A stretch of DNA of 59,984 nt, the filler included. It is 8 parts of 8 records of this genome, joined end to end, with 100 filler letters (N's around TTAATTAATTAA, not from the genome) between each part and the next. Parts side by side here need not be neighbours in the genome. Positions count along the whole stretch, not along the records: positions 13,160 to 21,170 come from SRR31147125_2115; positions 21,271 to 33,463 come from SRR31147125_2118; 6 more parts are not named here. One strand, 5' to 3'. Every line of letters starts with the position of its first letter. The stretch's first letter is position 1. The notes beneath the pieces were generated by a model. It did no database searches and was not told the origin of the DNA. It was given only the letters and a program-made list of their open reading frames with translations. Both the position numbers and the translations under genes were made by a program. Below, piece after piece: positions 18,866 through 26,871 of this stretch.

Positions 18866-20856
18866 GTTGGGGAAAGAAGAGATTAGGCGAATTGTGTTCA
18901 ATCACAAAAGGAAAAATTGGGATTAAAAAAGCTATTCCAGGCGAATATCCTTTGGTAGTAACCAGTAAAGAAAGAAAATCACACAATGAAATGCATTTTG
19001 AAGGTGAAGCAGTTGTTATTCCTTTAGTTTCTTCAACAGGTCATGGTCATAGAAGCTTAAAAAGAATTCATCATCAAACAGGAAAATTTGCTGTTGGAAA
19101 TATTCTTTGTGCTGTTATACCAAATGATAGTAATATTTTGAGCGCAGAATACTTATATCGTTTTCTTGACTTAAATAGAGAAAAAGAACTGGTTAGCCGT
19201 ATGCGTGGTATGGCAAATGTAAGTTTGCCTATAAAAGAGATTGCAAAAATTGAAATCCCATTACCGCCTTTGGATGAACAACATAAATTTGTTGAAGAAT
19301 ACAAAGCATTGGAAACAGCAAACAATACTTTATCCTCAGAAATCACAATTCAGCTTGATTTAGTAAAACAACTCCACCAAGCCTTTTTACGAGAAGCAAT
19401 GCAGGGGAAGTTAATTGTTAATGATGAATTGTTAATGGTTAATGGGCAAAAAGAGTCTGGGGCGGATTTGTTAGACAAAATAAAAGCCGAAAAAGAGCAA
19501 TTGATTAAGGAGAAGAAAATACGGAAAGGTAAACTACAAGAAGCAGAAACACTAGAAGAATTATTGTTCGATATTCCAACACATTGGACGTGGTGTAAAC
19601 TTGATGAAATATGTAAAAACATAACAGACGGAACACACCAAACGCCTTCATATACAAAAAGTGGAAGAATGTTTTTATCCGCTCAAAATGTGAAGCCTTT
19701 TAAATTTATGCCTGACAATCACAAATTCGTATCAGAAGAAGCTTATCAATCATATATTAAAAACAGGAAAGCAGAAAAAGGCGACTTATTAATTGGACGT
19801 GTTGGTGCAGGTATCGGGGAAACAGCAGTAGTTGACCAGGATTTAGATTTTGCTATTTATGTTAGTTTGGGTCTCGTTCAGCCATTCAAAAATTATTTGT
19901 GTTCTAATTTCTTAGCATATTTGTTTAATTCTCCTTACGGATATAATTATGCAAAAGGCAATATTTCAAGTAAAGGTGGTTCGGCTGGTAACTTTAATTT
20001 GGGGCGTATTCGTTCATTTTTAGTTCCCTTGCCTCCACTTTCCGAACAAAAGCGTATTGTAGCCAAATTAGATGAGTTAATGGCACATTGTGATAGTTTG
20101 GAAGAGAGCATAAAAAACAGCCAACAACAAAATGAAATGCTTTTGGGGCAGGTTTTGAGGGAGGCTTTGGAGCCGAAAACTGAAAAAGCTATAACAAAGC
20201 AAGCAAAAGTTGTTGCGTTACCCAAGTTACAAGAATTGGAAGATAGCTATTTTGTAAAACGCAAAATGCTTGCATCTTATATCATTAATCAATCAGTAAA
20301 CGATAAACTATTTGGCGACACAAAGTTCGAAAAGTTATTACATCTCGCCGACTACCATATTCTTAAAAGGAATCTTGGTCAGGAATATAAAATAAAAGCT
20401 GCTGGACCTTATGACAATAAGTTTACCCTTACGTTTTTTAAGCAATCCATAAAAGCAGGTTGGTTCTACAAACAGCCTATGGGCAATATGAATAGAATCT
20501 TACCTGAGAACAAAACATTAAATCGCAGAAGACTTACGATTTTTTCTCAGCCACCGAGTTGGAGAAACTTAATAGCTTGATTGATGCATTCAAAAGTTTT
20601 GATTATAAAATCCCAGAGATTATTTCAACCTTATATGCCATTTGGAATAATCGTATAATTCAAAAGCAACTTATTAGTGATGAGCTATTAAAACAAGATT
20701 TTTTAGATTGGGATGAAGGCAAAGCACAATATGTTTACCCTAAAGACAGGGTAATACCAGCAATCAAATGGATGAAAGAGAATAATTTTGTACCTGACGG
20801 TTGGGGAAAGATTATTGAACGCCCTAAAAGCAAAACTAAAAGAAAAAAAGGTATAA
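18862..20856 (+). CDS. hsdS: Type I R-M specificity subunit with an extra C-terminal domain (frameshift near 20506)
   Basis: Two TRDs each followed by the conserved PLPPL.EQ helix; LREAMQGKL spacer; extension KFEKLLHL...AAGPYD continues in ORF 20559-21011 (PEIISTLYAIWN). Probable true stop near 20856. Confidence 0.85.
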
Positions 20857-20857
20857 T

Positions 20858-20945
20858 GCCACCGCACACTTGTAAGCACATTTGCAGGTCGCACAATGCC
20901 ACCGCACGACCAAAACCTGCAAAAGAGCTTCCAAGCCCCTACACA
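20858..20945 (+). repeat. Conserved hairpin element, copy 2 (GCACATTTG-N35-CAAAAGAGC)
   Basis: AAGC-ACAT-TTGCAGGT...ACCTGCAA-AAGA-GCTT with CCACCGCAC boxes; same spacing as copy 1. Confidence 0.75.
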
Positions 20946-21029
20946 CGGCTAAAGAGAAATTTTAAAAAATGCCCCACCGCACGAGTGAAAAAAATGAAAC
21001 AAAATGAATAGAATAAATAAAGTACGAAA

Positions 21030-21145
21030 GCACAACGAAGTATATAAATCATTGGGCAGTAAGTGGTTAAGTTGAAGTTTGTGCAAAAAATGAAAATTAG
21101 TAGCAAATTGAAAATGAAGTGCTTCAAAACGCCCAACGCTTCATA
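21030..21145 (+). repeat. attC-like imperfect palindrome, right arm interrupted
   Basis: GCACAAC (RYYYAAC-like), left arm GTATATAAATCATTGGGC, right arm GCCCAACGCTTCATA, which breaks off before a matching GTT core. Confidence 0.5.
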
Positions 21146-21170
21146 GTGTGCCGAGAAGCAATGATTCGGC
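21146..21170 (+). mobile_element. Probable 5' end of a group II intron
   Basis: Starts GTGTG (GUGYG consensus) with hairpin GCCGAG...TTCGGC exactly where the attC-like arm breaks; the contig ends 25 nt in. Confidence 0.45.
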
Positions 21171-21270
21171 NNNNNNNNNNNNNNNNNNNNNNNNNNNNNN
21201 NNNNNNNNNNNNNNTTAATTAATTAANNNNNNNNNNNNNNNNNNNNNNNNNNNNNNNNNNNNNNNNNNNN
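21171..21270. other. Artificial contig spacer
   Basis: N44-TTAATTAATTAA-N44. Confidence 0.99.
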
Positions 21271-21276
21271 AAAATA

Positions 21277-21316
21277 AAGCAAAGTTATTCCTGAGAATTC
21301 ATGAGTAACTTTGCTT
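21277..21316. terminator. Stem-loop (likely terminator)
   Basis: AAGCAAAGTTATTC...GAGTAACTTTGCTT. Confidence 0.55.
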
Positions 21317-21407
21317 AAACTTTAAAAGAAAAATAGAACTTTAGTAGTCATAAAATTAATACGATAATATTAAAAAAGTCTATTTATATTAAGGGGTTGG
21401 ATTAATT

Positions 21408-21920
21408 ATGAAATTTAATAAAATTATTATTTTAATTATTTCTCTATTAATAATGGGATGTTATCCTAATGTAAAAAGTAATGAGTCAGTTATTTTATCT
21501 ACAGATGGGCCTATAGTTATCTTTGATGAAGGTACATATGTTGATAATGTAACTAGAGATGTAAATATTGTTTACTCTGATTCAGCTGATAGATATTTTG
21601 TATCAACTGATGATGGATTATTTGACGCTTTTACAACAAAGAACATTTTGGATAATTACTACCTAATAGAGGGAATTAAAGAGAAGAGAAAACCAGTTAA
21701 TCTTTATTTGGTGAAGCTTCTACAAAACAAAGTTGAGATATATCAATTTGATATTCCAAAAAATCGATTTGAAGAGCTTCAAGAAGATTTTGATGTTAAG
21801 ATTATATTTGATAAAGATGAGATATTCATTGATGGAGATAGTTACAATATTTTTCAATTTACAAAATATTGCATAAAAAATAGATATATAAACAGTTCAT
21901 TTTATCTAACTAAAAAATAA
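21408..21920 (+). CDS. Hypothetical lipoprotein
   Basis: MKFNK, hydrophobic stretch, lipobox IMGC; AAGGGG RBS. Confidence 0.7.
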   Translation: MKFNKIIILIISLLIMGCYPNVKSNESVILSTDGPIVIFDEGTYVDNVTRDVNIVYSDSADRYFVSTDDGLFDAFTTKNILDNYYLIEGIKEKRKPVNLYLVKLLQNKVEIYQFDIPKNRFEELQEDFDVKIIFDKDEIFIDGDSYNIFQFTKYCIKNRYINSSFYLTKK

Positions 21921-21946
21921 ATAATTTAAAGAAATAGAGGTGTAGC

Positions 21947-22876
21947 ATGTATTGGGGCAACAAGAGGTTCAATAATTTGAATTATGCCTTAAAAGAGCAT
22001 TTTGGTGAGAAGGTGTATAAAGTATCACTAGATGCTGGTTTAACATGTCCTAATAGGGATGGAAATATAAGTAAGAAAGGTTGCATATTTTGCAATGAAA
22101 GTGGTTCAGGAGACTTTGCAGGTGATAGAGAAAAAAGCATCACTGAACAGATTGATGAGCAATTAGATTTAATAAAAAACAAATTTCCTGCTGGAAAAGT
22201 TATAGCATATTTTCAAAACTTCACAAATACTTACGGGGAGATTGAGTACCTAAAAAAAGTATACTATGAAGCTTTATCTCATGAGAGAGTTGTGGGAATA
22301 GCTATTGCAACAAGACCAGATTGTTTAGATGATAAAGTTTTAGATTTAATTTCTGAGTTAAATGCTAAAACTTTTCTTTGGATTGAACTAGGTTTACAAA
22401 CTATTCATGAAGAGAGTGCTAACTTTATTAATAGGGGTTATAAACTTAGTTGCTTTGATGATGGACTTCTAAAATTGAATAGGATAGAAGTTAGAGTTGT
22501 GGTTCATTTAATTTTAGGGCTTTATAAAGAAACAGAAATTGATATATTTGAGTCAGTAAAATATATTTCGAATAAAAAAATATGGGGAGTGAAACTGCAT
22601 CTACTTCATATAATAAAAGATACTGATCTTCATAGCTTTTATGAAAAAGAAAACTTTAAACTTTATGATCTGAATGAATATGTAGATTTGATATGTAGGA
22701 TAATAGAGGTGCTTAATCCTGCAATTGTTATACATAGATTAACAGGTGATGGAACTAGAGACACATTAATAGCTCCAATTTGGAGTTTGAACAAGAGAAG
22801 TGTGCTAAACGGAATAGATAAAAAGTTAAGGGAACTGGATATCTATCAAGGTAAGAAGTTTAGTTTAATTAGCTAA
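21947..22876 (+). CDS. TIGR01212 (YhcC/YtqA-like) radical SAM protein
   Basis: KVSLDAGLTCPNRDG...GCIFC, YFQNFTNTY, ATRPDC, IELGLQT, GVKLHLLH, IHRLTGD. Confidence 0.92.
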   Translation: MYWGNKRFNNLNYALKEHFGEKVYKVSLDAGLTCPNRDGNISKKGCIFCNESGSGDFAGDREKSITEQIDEQLDLIKNKFPAGKVIAYFQNFTNTYGEIEYLKKVYYEALSHERVVGIAIATRPDCLDDKVLDLISELNAKTFLWIELGLQTIHEESANFINRGYKLSCFDDGLLKLNRIEVRVVVHLILGLYKETEIDIFESVKYISNKKIWGVKLHLLHIIKDTDLHSFYEKENFKLYDLNEYVDLICRIIEVLNPAIVIHRLTGDGTRDTLIAPIWSLNKRSVLNGIDKKLRELDIYQGKKFSLIS

Positions 22877-22911
22877 CGGGAAAGTCTAACTATACTCTGG
22901 AGGTACCTAGT

Positions 22912-23946
22912 GTGAAAAGAAAATATAGTATTTTAATTGTCGATGATGTTGAAGAAAACATTCAAGTGGTTGCAAATATATTAAAACCTCTAAATTATTC
23001 AATTCAATTTGCTACAGATGGTTATAAAGCATTGAAGTGGCTTAGAAGACGGAAATTTGATTTAGTTTTACTTGATATAATGATGCCTGGAATGGATGGA
23101 TATCAAGTGTGCGAAGAGATTAGAAAAGATCCAACACTTGGTGAAACACCAATAATATTTCTTACTGCAAAAACTTCAACTAACGATATTGTAAAAGGGT
23201 TTGATGTTGGAGGAAATGATTATATTAAAAAACCATTTGAAAAAAGTGAGCTGATAGCTAGAATAAAAACTCAATTAAAATTGGTAGAAAAAAATGAGTT
23301 GCTTAGAGATGAAAAAAAATTATTTGAGCTTTTAGTGTATGAAAAAACTGCTGAGTTAAAACAATTAACAGTGTCGTTGGTAATGACACTTGAAAAAGCT
23401 AATTTATATAATGATATTGATACAGGGCTACATATTAAAAGAGTTTGTAAATATTCGGCTTTATTAGCTGAAAAATATGGCTGCACTGAAGAGTTTGTCG
23501 CAAAACTAGAGATGTACGCCTCTCTACATGATGTTGGAAAAATTGGTATTCCAGATAATCTGCTAAAAAAACCTGGCAAATATACAGAGGAAGAGTTCAG
23601 AGTTATGCAGGAGCATGTAATCATAGGATACGAGTTGTTACAGGAGCTTGGCTTAGATGATGTTGTATTAAACATAGTAAAGTATCATCATGAAAGATGG
23701 GATGGTGGAGGCTACTCTGAAGGTTTAGCTGGTGAAGACATACCGCTTGAAGCTAGAATAGTCGCTCTGGCTGATGTCTATGATGCCTTGACTACAAAAC
23801 GTGTCTACAAAGATGCATTCTCCGAAGAGAATGCAGATAGAATAATTAGTGAAAATAGAGGCAAACATTTTGATCCAAAATTGGTTGATATATTTCTTGA
23901 AAGTAAAGAGATGATTCTTGAGATAAAGGAGAGCTTACATGAGTAG
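22912..23946 (+). CDS. RpfG-like response regulator, REC + HD-GYP cyclic-di-nucleotide phosphodiesterase
   Basis: IVDD/LLDIMMP receiver; HDVGKIG; HHERWDGGGYSEGL (GYS variant); ADVYDAL. Confidence 0.92.
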   Translation: MKRKYSILIVDDVEENIQVVANILKPLNYSIQFATDGYKALKWLRRRKFDLVLLDIMMPGMDGYQVCEEIRKDPTLGETPIIFLTAKTSTNDIVKGFDVGGNDYIKKPFEKSELIARIKTQLKLVEKNELLRDEKKLFELLVYEKTAELKQLTVSLVMTLEKANLYNDIDTGLHIKRVCKYSALLAEKYGCTEEFVAKLEMYASLHDVGKIGIPDNLLKKPGKYTEEEFRVMQEHVIIGYELLQELGLDDVVLNIVKYHHERWDGGGYSEGLAGEDIPLEARIVALADVYDALTTKRVYKDAFSEENADRIISENRGKHFDPKLVDIFLESKEMILEIKESLHE

Positions 23947-25903
23947 AGATAATCTGGAAACTATGTCAAAAATAGAATTAATTAAGATAATAGAGTCGCA
24001 AGATAAAAAATTGAACGCTCTTGAAAAAGAGAATGAGCTTTGGCATGAACTTCAAATAAAAAATAAACAAGTTAAAGGTTTACTAACAGATATTGATAAA
24101 ACTGAAAAAAAATATCTTGATGTTTTATTAAATTTTCCACTTCCAATATTCATATATAAAAAAACTGGGGAAATCAACTTTGCTAATAAACAAGCTGAAA
24201 ACTTTACAGGCTTTAACCTTGAAGAAGTAAAAAATATAGAAAGCATGTTTAACCAGCTATATCCAGATACAATTCATCGAGAGAATGTCCGAAGAATTTG
24301 GCGTGATGAAATAGAAAAATTTGAAAATAATAAAATTTCATTGATTCATATTACTAATACAATTAGAAGTAAATCTAAGAAATCAAAATATGTTTCTTTT
24401 TATGCAGTTGAGTTTCAGAATGATTTGTTAGTAGTAATGGTTGACTTAAGTGCTCAGAAAAAAATGGAAGATAAACTTGTTGAAGCTAGAGAGAAAGCGG
24501 ATAAAGCTAACAGGGCTAAAACTAAATTTTTTGCTAATATGACACATGAGATTAAAACTCCAATGAATGCAATTTTAGGTTTTTCTCAAATTTTAGAGCA
24601 AAGTTTGTCTGATGATAGGGATCTTTATTATGCTAGTTCGATTAAACAAGCTGGGAATAACCTTATTAAACTAATTGATAATTTACTTGATTTTGCGAAG
24701 TTAGATAGTGATAATTTGCCGCTAAACTATGGAAAGACATATTTAGTAGAAATAATAAATGAAATGAAAGCAATGTTTTCTTTGAAGTTAAGAGAGAAAA
24801 ACATTAACTTTATTGTAAAAACAGATATGAATCTCCCGGATGTTTTTATATTAGATGAAGCGAGAATAAAACAAGTACTGTTTAATATAATAAATAATTC
24901 AATGCAAATGACTAATAAAGGTCATGTGGAAGTTAAGCTTGAAGGGAAAGTTCAGGAAAATCAAAATACTGATTTAAAAATAACGATTTCCGATACTGGG
25001 AGCGGTGTTTCTGATTTTGAACTAAAGGCAATGTTTAATCCATTCAATGGTAATAACAAAGCTCTTGGTTTAGGTTTAGCTGAGCGTTTGGTTAGTAAAA
25101 TGAATGGAAAACTTGTAGCTAAAAGTAAAAAAGGTGAAGGGACAACGTTTATTATTGAACTACCAAATATCAAATATACAACTGAGGTTAGGCAAAGAGT
25201 AGACTTCGTAACTGAATCAATTGATTTTAAAAATGAATCGATTTTGGTTATTGATGATACTCAGTTAAATATAGAGGTTGTAACTAATTTACTAATAAAT
25301 GAAAAACTAAAAGTTTATACAGCCAAAAGTGGTTTGGAAGGCTTAGAAATATTAGTAAAAAATAATATTGCTATGATTTTCCTTGATTTAAAAATGCCCG
25401 GTTTAAACGGTTATGAAACTTTGGATAGAATTAAAAAGCTTGGAAAGAAAGTAAAAGTAGTAGCATTAACAGCTTCCTCTGAATCTGGAGCTAAGATTTT
25501 AGCTTATGGTTTTGATGGAATTATAAAAAAGCCGTTTGTTAGAAAAGAACTTATTGATCAGCTAATTACTCAACTGTATGGTCAAGTAAAATTATCGAAA
25601 CATAGTGATGACGATGATGAGTTAGAATTAAGTGATGAGTTACTTTTATCAAAAGAGGAAATCATCTTTTTCCTAGAGACTGAGCTTAAGTCGGCTTGGG
25701 AAGCAGCTATAGAATACGAAGATATTGATGAAATAAAAGAGTTTGCTAACAGAGTTAGAAATTATGCTAAAAAAATAAATTTCACATCACTTATAGATTA
25801 TGCTGATGAATTAAGAATGAATTTAAGAACTTTTAATATTAAAGGAATAAGAGTAAATTTAAACAACTTTGGGTCGTTCATAGAAAATTTCAAAAAATCA
25901 TAA
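23939..25903 (+). CDS. Cytoplasmic hybrid sensor histidine kinase (PAS-HisKA-HATPase-REC)
   Basis: PAS-like FANKQAE; H-box THEIKTPMN; DTGSG and LGLGL boxes; REC IDDT..FLDLKMP; overlaps the upstream gene by 8 nt. Confidence 0.9.
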   Translation: MSRDNLETMSKIELIKIIESQDKKLNALEKENELWHELQIKNKQVKGLLTDIDKTEKKYLDVLLNFPLPIFIYKKTGEINFANKQAENFTGFNLEEVKNIESMFNQLYPDTIHRENVRRIWRDEIEKFENNKISLIHITNTIRSKSKKSKYVSFYAVEFQNDLLVVMVDLSAQKKMEDKLVEAREKADKANRAKTKFFANMTHEIKTPMNAILGFSQILEQSLSDDRDLYYASSIKQAGNNLIKLIDNLLDFAKLDSDNLPLNYGKTYLVEIINEMKAMFSLKLREKNINFIVKTDMNLPDVFILDEARIKQVLFNIINNSMQMTNKGHVEVKLEGKVQENQNTDLKITISDTGSGVSDFELKAMFNPFNGNNKALGLGLAERLVSKMNGKLVAKSKKGEGTTFIIELPNIKYTTEVRQRVDFVTESIDFKNESILVIDDTQLNIEVVTNLLINEKLKVYTAKSGLEGLEILVKNNIAMIFLDLKMPGLNGYETLDRIKKLGKKVKVVALTASSESGAKILAYGFDGIIKKPFVRKELIDQLITQLYGQVKLSKHSDDDDELELSDELLLSKEEIIFFLETELKSAWEAAIEYEDIDEIKEFANRVRNYAKKINFTSLIDYADELRMNLRTFNIKGIRVNLNNFGSFIENFKKS

Positions 25904-25905
25904 AT

Positions 25906-25941
25906 AAAAAATCAGGATGCATAATTGCACCCTGATTTTTT
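25906..25941. terminator. Bidirectional intrinsic terminator
   Basis: AAAAAATCAGGATGC...GCACCCTGATTTTTT between convergent genes. Confidence 0.75.
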
Positions 25942-25956
25942 ATTAGATAAATTTTT

Positions 25957-26793
25957 TTATGAGAAGCGTTTTCTAAAGCTGCACTTTTGGCATAATTCTT
26001 CAACTATATTATTTGATTTGAAACCCTGAATAATATTTCTACTTCTATTAGAATTCAATATATTATTTAATGAAGTTTCAAAGATATTTCCTAACTCAAT
26101 AATGCCGTCTTGATCCAAACAACATGGAACGACAGTTCCGTTAGAGAGAATACCCATATGCGAGTTTAAACCATAACAGTGGCCTTTTGAGTTGATAACA
26201 GGCATATTGAGGCTAGGCCATTCAAAAACTTCTTCAAAGTTCAAATAAACTTTTTCTGCTAATTTTAATCCTTTTCCCCTAATAAACTCTTCGCTAATTT
26301 TTTCTAGCTTGAAAAAGCTTGAGATTTTACTTAAAGTTAAGCTATTATCCAAATTGGAATCAATATTCCAAAGTCTGAGAGATATAAAGATATTTTTACT
26401 TTGCCGAACAAAGTTAAAAATATTATCTAAATATTCAATTTGCTTAAAATCATTATTTTCTTCAAAACTATGAAGAGAAAAATTAATTTGTCTAACAGCG
26501 TTTGATTTAAGTAAAGTATCCTCAATCTGTTTTATTAAAACTCCGTTTGTAGTTATATTTACTTTGATTTTATATTTCTCACATAAACATAGTATCTCAG
26601 CTAATTTTGGGTGGAAAAATGGTTCACCCTTTACATGTAGATAGATGTAGCTAGTATATTCTTTTATTTGGATTAGAATTGCTTCAAACTCCTCCACAGT
26701 CATAAACCTGATATCTCTTGATGACTCCGGACAGAAATTACAAGTCATGTTACAAGCATTGGTTATTTCAATGTATACCCTTTTAAATTTCAT
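25957..26793 (-). CDS. Radical SAM / SPASM-twitch domain protein
   Basis: CNMTCNFC; HVKGEP; C-terminal CYG..VVPCCLD..CQKC. Confidence 0.9.
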   Translation of the reverse strand: MKFKRVYIEITNACNMTCNFCPESSRDIRFMTVEEFEAILIQIKEYTSYIYLHVKGEPFFHPKLAEILCLCEKYKIKVNITTNGVLIKQIEDTLLKSNAVRQINFSLHSFEENNDFKQIEYLDNIFNFVRQSKNIFISLRLWNIDSNLDNSLTLSKISSFFKLEKISEEFIRGKGLKLAEKVYLNFEEVFEWPSLNMPVINSKGHCYGLNSHMGILSNGTVVPCCLDQDGIIELGNIFETSLNNILNSNRSRNIIQGFKSNNIVEELCQKCSFRKRFS

Positions 26794-26826
26794 TATTTTC
26801 AATTCCTTTATAATTTATTGATAAAA

Positions 26827-26853
26827 GAAAGTCCTTTTATCAAAAGGACTTTC
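26827..26853 (-). terminator. Intrinsic terminator
   Basis: GAAAGTCCTTTT-ATC-AAAAGGACTTTC with minus-strand T tract. Confidence 0.7.
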
Positions 26854-26871
26854 AAAGTTAATTATATAATT

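Noticed and set aside
20559-21011. Independent 150-aa gene after hsdS
   Set aside because: Its first part is the frameshifted HsdS tail and its last ~50 codons read through the non-coding hairpin element.
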